Shown in pieces: positions 29,385 through 38,233 of a DNA stretch of 64,000 bases. Under the pieces are notes generated by a model, which saw only the letters and a program-made list of their open reading frames with translations, was not told where the DNA came from and ran no database searches. This DNA comes from Candidatus Doudnabacteria bacterium (GTDB lineage Bacteria > Patescibacteriota > Doudnabacteria > UBA920 > O2-02-FULL-48-8). The stretch covers positions 21,028 to 85,027 of the forward strand of contig JBDTSL010000004.1 of NCBI GenBank assembly GCA_039931165.1. Direction: 5' to 3'. The first letter of the stretch is position 1. Each line of letters begins with the position of its first letter. The translations under genes were made by a program, and so were the position numbers.

Positions 29385-31109
29385 CTAAGGCGCGTTGAGT
29401 ATCGGGTCCGGCACCAGCCACTGGCAGCTGGTCTTGTCTTTTTTTATCCGCGAAATGTCCAGCTGTATGTCCGCTTGATGACTATCTATTAAAGATCGGA
29501 CAATACTTTGGATTTGCGCTGAAGTAAAGCTGCTCAAATCAAACTCTACCATTGAATAATCCGTCAGCTCGAATCTGTGGGTTTCGACATCAGGAGAAGG
29601 CGCAGTTTTGTTGATGACAAAAAACATTCTGGAATATTTTTGCTTGATAGCGTTTGGGTCAAACCCGAAATTCATTTCCAACAAAGTTTTCGATTCCGTG
29701 CCGGTCAGGAATAGCGGGTAGTACCTAAACCAGCAGTCGCTGTCAGAGACTCTGACGATGATCAGGTCATTCGTGGTTAAACCCAAAGCACGCATTTCTT
29801 CGGCTGTCCGATAAAATTTCTCGTGTTCGGATTGATAAATATAAGCTTGCGCGCGGCGAGATTTAAAAGCCTGGTCAAATCTCACGGATTCGTAGCCAGT
29901 AACCAATAAAGCGATCGATAAGGCTAGAACATATATGTAGCGGAAGTCTTCAGACTTCCATAATTTTCGAAACCTAAACGTTTCCGCTACTTGGCGCACA
30001 CAAATTGTCAGGGCGTATAAAATAAAAAACAAGCTCAGCAAATAACTTTGATAAATGAAATTCGGCACTTTCGATGTGACCAAGGAAATAGCCAAGAGGT
30101 TCCAGACAAACCAGCCGCCGGACAAACCAAGCAGTATTTTATCTTTCCTCTCACCTTTATACTTTATGCTTAATACTATTCCAAGCGTTATCCCTGCATA
30201 ATATACCCATGTCCAACGAAAAAGATATCTTTGCGGCAAATAGTCGGACAGATACCAATGCCAGGGCCTGGCCCATCCCTCCAGCTGCCTGAAATGGGTA
30301 AAAGAAACAAATATTTCACTTTTAAACGTCTGAGGGGAACTGAAGAATAAAGGCAGAAGACAAACCAGAAGCAAAAAAAGAAAAAACAGAACGGATGCCG
30401 ACACTTTTTTGTTTATTGTTCGGTGATCCCAAATAAGCAAGCCAAAAAAAGTTGCGGCCGGTATCGCGCCCAGCAAATTTTTCGCCATGACCGGCAAAGC
30501 CACGACCAAACCGATAAGAGCAAACTTCCAAATAGGATAGTTTAATCGCAGCTCTTGATCTTTTTCCAAATACCAAAGATTGGCTAAGAATCCAAACACA
30601 ACCGTAAAAGCCAAAACAATATCGGAAGCGCCAAAGGCGTAACCTGAGATCAGTTCATGGGTGAAAGGAGTGTTCAGCCAGAAGATCGCGGCTATTGTAG
30701 CAGCGAGTGCGGCCGATAAATTTTGACGGAATCTATAAATACCGCAAATAAACAGTAAACCTGCCGGACAAAGGACAAAGGCATATGACAGCCTTTTGAC
30801 CTCAATACTGACCTGGCCGTCGAGATTAAAAAATAGATATGGCACATAAGCAAAAAGTGGCGGGATATGCTGCCAGTAAGGCCCCTCCATCCAATTCCCC
30901 TCCTGATCTACGAGCGGATTGACGCGAACCATAGGCGGAAAAAGTTTCCTCGTCAGGTTCGCTGCCACCACGGAATTCGACGATTCGTCATGCGCCAGAA
31001 GGTCTTTTTTGAATATCCAAGGAAAATCCGATTTTGTATTGAACAAAAACAAAGTCGTGAAGATCAGGCAGAGTATGGCAACAATAATTTGATTCTGATA
31101 TTTTCTCAT
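29385..31109 (-). CDS. Polytopic membrane protein, GT-C/ArnT-like glycosyltransferase
   Basis: HDES after TM1, HIPPLF, RPWHWYL, many TM segments. Confidence 0.65.
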   Translation of the reverse strand: MRKYQNQIIVAILCLIFTTLFLFNTKSDFPWIFKKDLLAHDESSNSVVAANLTRKLFPPMVRVNPLVDQEGNWMEGPYWQHIPPLFAYVPYLFFNLDGQVSIEVKRLSYAFVLCPAGLLFICGIYRFRQNLSAALAATIAAIFWLNTPFTHELISGYAFGASDIVLAFTVVFGFLANLWYLEKDQELRLNYPIWKFALIGLVVALPVMAKNLLGAIPAATFFGLLIWDHRTINKKVSASVLFFLFLLLVCLLPLFFSSPQTFKSEIFVSFTHFRQLEGWARPWHWYLSDYLPQRYLFRWTWVYYAGITLGIVLSIKYKGERKDKILLGLSGGWFVWNLLAISLVTSKVPNFIYQSYLLSLFFILYALTICVRQVAETFRFRKLWKSEDFRYIYVLALSIALLVTGYESVRFDQAFKSRRAQAYIYQSEHEKFYRTAEEMRALGLTTNDLIIVRVSDSDCWFRYYPLFLTGTESKTLLEMNFGFDPNAIKQKYSRMFFVINKTAPSPDVETHRFELTDYSMVEFDLSSFTSAQIQSIVRSLIDSHQADIQLDISRIKKDKTSCQWLVPDPILNAP

Positions 31110-31130
31110 CTGCTTAATTCTACCTTACTC

Positions 31131-31159
31131 TTGACAATATCGCCAAAAAAGAGTACAAT
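31131..31159 (+). promoter_or_regulatory. Sigma70-type promoter of the DEAD-box helicase
   Basis: TTGACA-17 bp-TACAAT. Confidence 0.75.
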
Positions 31160-31243
31160 TAATTGTTAAGTAAATAACAGACTCGATACCAAAATTGTCA
31201 GATTTTTTGACCCATTTGGATGCTCGGGTCAAAGAAATAATTT

Positions 31244-32626
31244 ATGAACGCATCCGCGTCAACAGCCTCTTTCGAGGGCCTGGGCATCGCCCCGCAATTG
31301 CTCGAAATCCTGGTAAAATTAAACTTCACGATCCCGACCCCGATCCAACTGCAATCCATTCCGATAGCGATTGAAGGCAAGGACGTCATGGGTATCGCCC
31401 AAACCGGCACGGGCAAGACCCTGGCTTTTGGTATCCCCATGATCCAAAGACTGGCCCAAAATAAAGGCCGGGGCCTGGTGATCCTGCCGACACGGGAGCT
31501 GGCCTTGCAGGTAGATGAAGCCATCCAAAAAATAGGACGCTCTCTGGGACTTAAAACCGCGGTGCTTATCGGCGGCGAACCGATTAACAGGCAGATTCGG
31601 TCATTGCGCCAAAACCCTCACATTATCATCGGTACTCCCGGTCGCATGAACGACCATTTGGAGCAAAAAACACTTGATCTGTCATCTGTCAACATTTTGG
31701 TGCTTGATGAAGCGGACAGGATGCTGGATATGGGCTTCGAACCGCAGATCAGAAGGATCCTGGCAAAAATCCCAAAAACCCGGCAGACTATGCTGTTCTC
31801 AGCCACAATGCCCGACCAGATCGTCCGGATTGCGACAGCCTATATGTCTCTGCCGATCCGGATCGAGGTCGCCCCCGCCGGTTCCACTGTCCGGGAGATA
31901 TCCCAGGAGGTGTTCTTTGTAAATCGCGATAAAAAACTGTCTTTGCTGGAAAAAGTGCTGGCTGAGCATAAAGGTTCGGTTCTGGTTTTCACCCGGACCA
32001 AATACGGCGCTAAAAAAATCGCGCACGCGGTGCGGAACATGAGGCACACCTCTTCCGAAATTCATTCCAACCGTTCTCTGGGCCAGCGCAAAGAAGCTCT
32101 GGAAGGGTTTAAGATCGGCCGGTATAAAGTTTTGGTCGCGACAGACATTGCCGCCCGCGGCATTGACGTGACCGGCATCGAACTGGTGATCAACTATGAC
32201 CTGCCTGAAAATCCGGAAGATTACGTCCACCGCATCGGCAGAACCGGCCGCGCCGGACTGTCGGGCAAGGCAGTATCATTTGCCACTCCTGACCAGCGCC
32301 ATGACGTCAGATCAATTGAGAGACTGATAAAGATCAGCCTGCCGATCAAGCAGTCGCCAGAATTGGCCTCTGGCTTTGCGCCGGCAGACCAGCCCAGGCA
32401 TAGTTACGTCAGACAAATGGGGCGTCAGTCTTCCGACAGGCCCCGACGGGACGGACCTCCTTCCAGGTTCGGCAAGTCAAGAAATAAGTTCAAACAGCGT
32501 GAACAATTTCCCCGTCACAAGCCGGGAGCGCCGCTGGATCAAGGTTTCGATGCCAATCACCGAAAACCAACCGGCAATTTTGACTCGAACCGCATTTCTT
32601 ACAGGAATGACCGGGATTCATTCTAA
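31244..32626 (+). CDS. DEAD-box RNA helicase (RhlE-like)
   Basis: Q motif, AQTGTGKT, PTRELA, DEAD, SAT, HRIGRTGR, basic tail. Confidence 0.95.
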   Translation: MNASASTASFEGLGIAPQLLEILVKLNFTIPTPIQLQSIPIAIEGKDVMGIAQTGTGKTLAFGIPMIQRLAQNKGRGLVILPTRELALQVDEAIQKIGRSLGLKTAVLIGGEPINRQIRSLRQNPHIIIGTPGRMNDHLEQKTLDLSSVNILVLDEADRMLDMGFEPQIRRILAKIPKTRQTMLFSATMPDQIVRIATAYMSLPIRIEVAPAGSTVREISQEVFFVNRDKKLSLLEKVLAEHKGSVLVFTRTKYGAKKIAHAVRNMRHTSSEIHSNRSLGQRKEALEGFKIGRYKVLVATDIAARGIDVTGIELVINYDLPENPEDYVHRIGRTGRAGLSGKAVSFATPDQRHDVRSIERLIKISLPIKQSPELASGFAPADQPRHSYVRQMGRQSSDRPRRDGPPSRFGKSRNKFKQREQFPRHKPGAPLDQGFDANHRKPTGNFDSNRISYRNDRDSF

Positions 32627-32721
32627 TAATAAAAGCTGCGCATTTCAAATTTCTTTTTGGCTAACGAGTGTGATAAAAATAGTTATCCCGGGTTATACCC
32701 GGTTATGCACCGTTTTTGACT

Positions 32722-32749
32722 TTGACAAAAAATAGCGAAGTTCTATGAT
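32722..32749 (+). promoter_or_regulatory. Sigma70-type promoter with no large ORF downstream
   Basis: TTGACA-16 bp-TATGAT. Confidence 0.55.
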
Positions 32750-32893
32750 GAATTTGAAAGGAGAGAACAAATAATGCAGCAGGACTTAATAACGCATAGA
32801 GCGCGTTTCCTCTGTAGCGAAAACTAGCAGGCCGGTTTAGGCCTTCAAATAAAAAAATAATTATCGCATACCTATGGAAACATCGCACTTTTG

Positions 32894-32925
32894 CTAAAAG
32901 CCGCACGATACCGTGCGGCTTTTAG
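32894..32925. terminator. Bidirectional terminator
   Basis: ctaaaagccgcacg-atac-cgtgcggcttttag, 14-bp perfect stem. Confidence 0.75.
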
Positions 32926-32935
32926 GTTGCGGCAA

Positions 32936-33310
32936 TTATTGGATAAGTTGCTGAATGTCCGAAGGTTTGATCTGCTGAACTTGATTCAGGCTGACTCCGC
33001 TTGAAGAAAAAATCACTGTGGCCAATATCACGAAGAGTAGGATCGATATCGCGGTTAGCGCCACACAAATCAACGCGGCTTCCTGGCCGTCTTCCTTGCC
33101 GCTAAAATAAAATTTAACCGCAAAAAATATGCCGACAGGAGGAACGGCTACCGAAATTATGTAGGCCCATTTTTTTTGTTTATCGGTCAGCTGGTCGGCC
33201 TTCCCGCTCTGCATGGCCATAATGGCCAAGGCCGCAACATCAATTTTTTTGTCCTGCTGGGCCAGTCTTTTGTAGGTTTCGAGCTCTTGAGCCAGTTTAT
33301 CTTCATTCAT
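32936..33310 (-). CDS. Hypothetical membrane protein
   Basis: 124 aa with 2 TM segments. Confidence 0.65.
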   Translation of the reverse strand: MNEDKLAQELETYKRLAQQDKKIDVAALAIMAMQSGKADQLTDKQKKWAYIISVAVPPVGIFFAVKFYFSGKEDGQEAALICVALTAISILLFVILATVIFSSSGVSLNQVQQIKPSDIQQLIQ

Positions 33311-33346
33311 AAGTTTTGGTTACCTGTATTATATACCCGGTCGTCA

Positions 33347-34864
33347 TTACGCGAAACCCGGAAAGAAATCGATTTTGATCTGACTGCCCGGAATTCCAAG
33401 AGTTTTCAGGTTTTTTTCGAACGCCACGACCATACCGTGCGAACCCGAAATATAAAACATCCGTTCCTTATAATCCCCGACTTCGTCTGTGATCTTTTTT
33501 GCGGTCAGGTGGCCGTCTCTTTCCGTCATGATGTAAACGGTTTTGATCCCAAGCCTTTGCTCGGCTTGTTCAAAAATCTCCCGATAGCTGGCTTCGTCTT
33601 GGTTTCTGTTCGAGTAAAACAAAACGATATTCCTTTTTTCGTTACGGTCCAGAAGATATTTGATCATGCTCCGGAAAGGAGTGATGCCGATGCCTCCTGC
33701 CAAGAACACAAGCTTTTTTTTCGGGTCATCAGGTAAAGTAAAATCCCCGGATAATTGTCCGGCCAAAACTTCGCTCTCCGGTTTCAGGGCAATCAAAGTT
33801 CGTTTAAAACTGCTGGCTTCAGGGTAAAATTTTACCCCTATATGGACATCGGGTTCTGTCGGAGAAGACGCTAAAGTAAAATACCGGCGATTGCCTCTGC
33901 TGTCCGGATTTTTATGACCTACGGTCCATTCCATATATTGCCCGGGCTTGAAACTTAGGCGGCTGTTGGCCCGAAACACAAAGTCGTACGTATCCGAACC
34001 CATTTCCTTAATAGCCTTAAGTGATAACATGTATTTTTCCTTGGGGCTCAGAATGTATGAAAAAACATTTCCGGCCAGTAGTGCCATCTCTGGAGTTGAG
34101 TAGAAAGAACCGATGTGGATGTTTGGTCCAAAAAGCAAACCCACCAAAGCTCCATAAATAATCCTGGCCGATTTCCTGGGCGGCGTGGTCAGCGGCTCAG
34201 TCAGCATGATGAAAGCAAAAAATATGATCGGAGAATGCATCAAAATCTGTTGGATCAGAACAAACGGAGTAGAACGGGATGGTGAAAACGCGACGATCGA
34301 AACTGCGGCAGCAAGCAAGAAACTTATGACCAGTTCGAAGCGCTGGATTTTACGGGTAACCAGTAGCCCTCCTAAGATCACCAGGGGCAACAGCGACAAG
34401 GTTCCCACCCACCAGCTGGCCGATTGATTGATGGTCAGGGCTGTCAATGCAACGGCAAATGCCGCGGGATTGAAAAAATGTTTTCCCCGGAAAGCCAAAA
34501 TATATTTTACAGACATGCCCCAAACCGCGGCCCAGAACAAAAACATCAGGCTGCTGAAATAACCGGCTCCGGATGCGGCAGGTGGAGTTATAATTAATGC
34601 CAAAATCAAGGCTGTGATGTATACCGACTCGACGTTGGCCGGCACTTTAAACACTCGGGAAAAAGTTTCGTTTGCAGCCCAACAAATCACCAATAGAATT
34701 AAAACTTCAAAAATAAGATCCAACGGCTTGAAAGCCAAAATCCCAAGAGCGGAAAAAACCACGGCTACGATTACCAACACCATCAAAAAATACAGCACCA
34801 GCCGGTACATCGTGATTTTGTTCAAATAACTATCAATAAAGTTAAGCATTGGCATACTCTTCAA
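33347..34864 (-). CDS. NqrB/RnfD-like membrane domain fused to an FNR-type FAD/NAD(P) domain
   Basis: HFFNPAA and FIMLTEPLTTP (RnfD-like); RYFTLASSP and AGGIGITPF (FNR). Confidence 0.85.
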   Translation of the reverse strand: MKSMPMLNFIDSYLNKITMYRLVLYFLMVLVIVAVVFSALGILAFKPLDLIFEVLILLVICWAANETFSRVFKVPANVESVYITALILALIITPPAASGAGYFSSLMFLFWAAVWGMSVKYILAFRGKHFFNPAAFAVALTALTINQSASWWVGTLSLLPLVILGGLLVTRKIQRFELVISFLLAAAVSIVAFSPSRSTPFVLIQQILMHSPIIFFAFIMLTEPLTTPPRKSARIIYGALVGLLFGPNIHIGSFYSTPEMALLAGNVFSYILSPKEKYMLSLKAIKEMGSDTYDFVFRANSRLSFKPGQYMEWTVGHKNPDSRGNRRYFTLASSPTEPDVHIGVKFYPEASSFKRTLIALKPESEVLAGQLSGDFTLPDDPKKKLVFLAGGIGITPFRSMIKYLLDRNEKRNIVLFYSNRNQDEASYREIFEQAEQRLGIKTVYIMTERDGHLTAKKITDEVGDYKERMFYISGSHGMVVAFEKNLKTLGIPGSQIKIDFFPGFA

Positions 34865-35588
34865 ATCCGCTGGTCATAGTCGCGATCTTATTATTATCAA
34901 TCATATAACCTTCGAAGCCTGGCAATTTTTCGATAAAAACTATCCCTTCCTTTCCCATGGCGAACGCTGCGGTGGCAAACCTGTCAGCTTCGTAAATATT
35001 CGGCCCGATCACTGTCAGGCTGATTATATCAGCAATATCTTGACCGATATCGTGAGGATTGTAAATATGCTGGCCGCGGATATATGTCCCGGAAGTGGCG
35101 ATGCCTTCGGACTTGAGAAAGACCACTTTTAAGATCTGCTTTTGGTCAAAAGGATTCTTGATCCCCACTCGCCATGATTTTCCCTGGCCGTTGCTGCCGC
35201 TGACCTGGACGTCTCCGCCGGCTTCAATAAAATAATTTTTAAAACCGGCTTTTTTTAGAATTTCAGCGGCATTGTAAATCGCCCAGCCTTTGACCAGACC
35301 CGAAGGATCAGATGTCCCGTCCGGTTTTTTGATGTCGAAGTAACCATTGGTTTGGTTTTTCGTCTGTTCCGAAAGCTCGAGCATGTTTTTCATTAGGGCG
35401 CTTATGTCCGCGGGTTTGATCTCGCCCCTGTTCATTCGGCTCATCTCGCTGTCAAACTTATATGTGCTGAAGCGCCGGTCGATCTGGTCAAAGTAATTAA
35501 AAATTTGCTCCAAATCCCCTGCCGTTACAAGGCTGTCGATCACCTCTACGGTTACCGGCATACCCATAATAATCCTGGTCGATTTCAC
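34842..35588 (-). CDS. apbE: FAD:protein FMN transferase
   Basis: DPSGLVKGW, EAGGD, IATSGTY, HIYNP, ADRFATA. Confidence 0.9.
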   Translation of the reverse strand: MKSTRIIMGMPVTVEVIDSLVTAGDLEQIFNYFDQIDRRFSTYKFDSEMSRMNRGEIKPADISALMKNMLELSEQTKNQTNGYFDIKKPDGTSDPSGLVKGWAIYNAAEILKKAGFKNYFIEAGGDVQVSGSNGQGKSWRVGIKNPFDQKQILKVVFLKSEGIATSGTYIRGQHIYNPHDIGQDIADIISLTVIGPNIYEADRFATAAFAMGKEGIVFIEKLPGFEGYMIDNNKIATMTSGFEEYANA

Positions 35589-35601
35589 AAAAAAATTACT
35601 C

Positions 35602-36036
35602 CTAATTTTTAGCCTGAGCCAGGGCTGAAGCCAAAGTTTGCCTGTAAGCCAGACTTGATTGCGTTGCCCCAGAAACGATGTTCACATTCGCGCTCTGGAC
35701 TTGGATTGCCTCCTGCTTCATGATCGGCATTGCCTGAGTATTGATTTGAATAGAGGTGCGGCGATCGTTGGGATATTGCAGAAATATAATATCGGTTATT
35801 TTACCGCCTGAAATTACGGCATTAACCTGAAAAGGTCCATAAAAAGCATCGGCAACCATACCCATATACTGTCCGTCCTTATATAGAGCCTTGGTCTGCG
35901 GAGTCGGATAAACTGGAGTTTGATCCGTAGGCGTTGTGGTAACGGTATTGTTGGTACTTTTTAAAATGCTTCTCTCGTAAGCGACATAAACAACAAATGC
36001 CAGCACAACTGTCAGCGACAAAAGGAATTTTTTCAT
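35602..36036 (-). CDS. Membrane-anchored FMN-binding (flavinylated) protein
   Basis: YKDGQY and VSGATQSS flavinylation motif; adjacent to apbE. Confidence 0.88.
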   Translation of the reverse strand: MKKFLLSLTVVLAFVVYVAYERSILKSTNNTVTTTPTDQTPVYPTPQTKALYKDGQYMGMVADAFYGPFQVNAVISGGKITDIIFLQYPNDRRTSIQINTQAMPIMKQEAIQVQSANVNIVSGATQSSLAYRQTLASALAQAKN

Positions 36037-36129
36037 AAGAATATTATACCCGATATATCTTATGCGGCCAAACTTGAAAGATATTTCTGGGTACTTTCAA
36101 AATAGTTCCGCAGCATCTATAATTAGAGC

Positions 36130-36780
36130 ATGAATACTAAATCAATTTTGCTGGCTGGGCTGGGAATAATTGTTATCATCGCGGTGGGATTTGTTTTTTC
36201 ACGCCCTCGGATCCCTAAAACCCTGATTCTGGCAGTTCCATTTACCGCTCAAGCGCCGACCAATAACTGGTCTCGCAACGAGGACTGCGAAGAAACAAGC
36301 GTCGCTATGGCCACAGCTTACCTTAACGGCCAATCCGGGGACATGATGTCTGCGGGGGATGCCCAGAATGCCATAAATCAGCTTAAAAATTGGGAGAATA
36401 TCAACACCGGCTACAATGCCAATACCGGCGCTGATGCCACCACAAAAATGGCCGAAGGTGCGTTCAAACTGAAAGTGACACAGATCAAGGACTTTACCGA
36501 ACTCGATCTGAAGTCGGCGCTGGCGAAGCATCATCCGGTGCTCCTGCCTATCAATGCCAAATTGCTTGCCAACACTTACAAGGACAACGGCCCGACTTAT
36601 CACATGATAGTGGTCCGAGGCTTCGACGAGCGCGGCTTCATCATCAATGACCCGGGTACGAATTCCGGAGACGGGAATGTCTATACATTTGAAACTTTAA
36701 AAAATGCTTCAGCCAATTGGAATCAAACGACAGGCTCAATGGAATCGGCAAATAAGATCGCTTTAATATTGTCTAAATAA
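36130..36780 (+). CDS. C39-like cysteine peptidase (second copy)
   Basis: VPFTAQAP, DCEE, YHMIVVRGFD, NDPG. Confidence 0.8.
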   Translation: MNTKSILLAGLGIIVIIAVGFVFSRPRIPKTLILAVPFTAQAPTNNWSRNEDCEETSVAMATAYLNGQSGDMMSAGDAQNAINQLKNWENINTGYNANTGADATTKMAEGAFKLKVTQIKDFTELDLKSALAKHHPVLLPINAKLLANTYKDNGPTYHMIVVRGFDERGFIINDPGTNSGDGNVYTFETLKNASANWNQTTGSMESANKIALILSK

Positions 36781-36795
36781 TGTTGATGCTTTCTT

Positions 36796-36869
36796 TGGCT
36801 GGGGAGGAAGGATTCGAACCTTCGATGATGGATTCAGAGTCCATTGCCTTACCACTTGGCTACTCCCCA
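36796..36869 (-). tRNA. tRNA-Gln(CTG)
   Basis: TGGGGAG/CTCCCCA acceptor stem, atgga-CTCTGAA-tccat anticodon arm, GGTTCGAATCC T arm, encoded CCA. Confidence 0.96.
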
Positions 36870-36877
36870 AAGTTGTA

Positions 36878-37582
36878 TTATTTTACCATTAAACTGTATT
36901 TAATTAAAGCCCACAGCGATTCGGTTTGGCCTTTGAAATTCATATGTTTGCCTTCGCCTTTTGATCTCGGAGCATAACTGATCGGGACTTCAATAATTTT
37001 ATAACCGAGCTTGCTCAGCCTGGCAGTCACCTCCGGCTCAAAACCAAACCTTTTTGATTCTAGCTTATCGAGCACTGAACTTAAAGCCTTCCGACTAAAT
37101 GCTTTATAACAGGTCATAATGTCCGTGATATTTTGCCCGGTAAACAGATTGCCAAAGCGCGTAAAAGCTTTATTAAAAAAACTATGCCAAAAAAGCAGAT
37201 CTGGATTTTCCTTCAGATAGCGTGAACCATAAACGACTTCAGCTTTCAATTTCCAGAACGGCGCCAGAACATTTTCAATCTCCGCGGGATCGTATTCCAG
37301 ATCCGCATCCTGGATGACAATAATGTCGCCTGTGGCATGCTGAAATCCGGTATGCAGCGCGCCGCCTTTGCCCTGGTTTATATCGTGAACAAACACGGTA
37401 ATTTGAGGGTCTTGCAGTTTCCTCACAAACTCGGTTGTTCCATCGGTTGAATGATCATCCACCAAAATAATTTCTTTTTCCAGACCGCCGGATCCCGCAA
37501 GCTGGACTTGAGTCAGAAGCTCTTGAATAGTCGCCAGCTCGTTGTAGACGGGAATGATTATGCTGATTTTTTTATAATCCAT
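36878..37582 (-). CDS. GT2 glycosyltransferase (DPM1-like)
   Basis: SIIIPVYNE, VDDHSTDGT, NQGKG, QDADLEY, FEPE. Confidence 0.9.
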   Translation of the reverse strand: MDYKKISIIIPVYNELATIQELLTQVQLAGSGGLEKEIILVDDHSTDGTTEFVRKLQDPQITVFVHDINQGKGGALHTGFQHATGDIIVIQDADLEYDPAEIENVLAPFWKLKAEVVYGSRYLKENPDLLFWHSFFNKAFTRFGNLFTGQNITDIMTCYKAFSRKALSSVLDKLESKRFGFEPEVTARLSKLGYKIIEVPISYAPRSKGEGKHMNFKGQTESLWALIKYSLMVK

Positions 37583-37641
37583 GTCTTAAGTTTAGCTTTT
37601 TTGATCAAAAAAAAGAAGCGCAGGTTTAGGGACCCTGCGCT

Positions 37642-37824
37642 TTAGCGTGACTGAGTGGCCGGTGCCGGTTTCGGAGTCGATTCACTCCGCCCTCGAGTGA
37701 GGAAATATGCGCAGACCGAGACGATGATCACGATGACCGCCGCGACCATCACGAACTTCTTGCTGTCAAACCCGTACGAGGCTTGCTGCCGGCGGCCGAA
37801 ACTCGGCTCGTTAATTGCAGACAT
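37642..37824 (-). CDS. Small single-TM protein
   Basis: AGGAGG SD upstream, one TM segment, hairpin and T tract downstream. Confidence 0.6.
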   Translation of the reverse strand: MSAINEPSFGRRQQASYGFDSKKFVMVAAVIVIIVSVCAYFLTRGRSESTPKPAPATQSR

Positions 37825-37902
37825 AGCATTCCTCCTGGAAAGAGAACCTTGTCCACACTATAAATCATTCGGCCAAGCCTCGCAACATGATATAATCAAG
37901 AC

Positions 37903-38160
37903 ATGTTTGATAATATCAAAGACCTCTACAATCTGCGCAAACAGGCCGCGGAACTGCAAAACCAGCTCGGCTCTGAAAAGTTCACGGAAACCTCGGGCAA
38001 CGTGACATTAACCCTGAATGGGAACCAGGAGCTTCTGGAGGTTAAAATCACAGACGGATCTGATATAAAAAACCTTGAAACTGATTTTAAAAACGCTTAT
38101 AACAAGGCCCAAAACAAGCTTAAGTCCGCTTTGGCTTCGAAGTTCCAAGGCATGCTTTAG
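37903..38160 (+). CDS. YbaB/EbfC nucleoid-associated protein
   Basis: RKQAAELQNQL..VTLTLNGNQEL..AYNKAQ. Confidence 0.75.
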   Translation: MFDNIKDLYNLRKQAAELQNQLGSEKFTETSGNVTLTLNGNQELLEVKITDGSDIKNLETDFKNAYNKAQNKLKSALASKFQGML

Positions 38161-38233
38161 TTGAAATCCTCAGCTAATTCGGATATAATCTTAAAGGCTT
38201 CGTTAGAAGTCTTTATTTATTAAACACCATACC

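Noticed and set aside
25788-36869. Genomic island integrated at tRNA-Gln
   Set aside because: No integrase was found and I did not notice a duplicated tRNA 3' end.
36780-36977. 65-aa plus-strand ORF
   Set aside because: It is the antisense reading of tRNA-Gln and the GT2 gene end.
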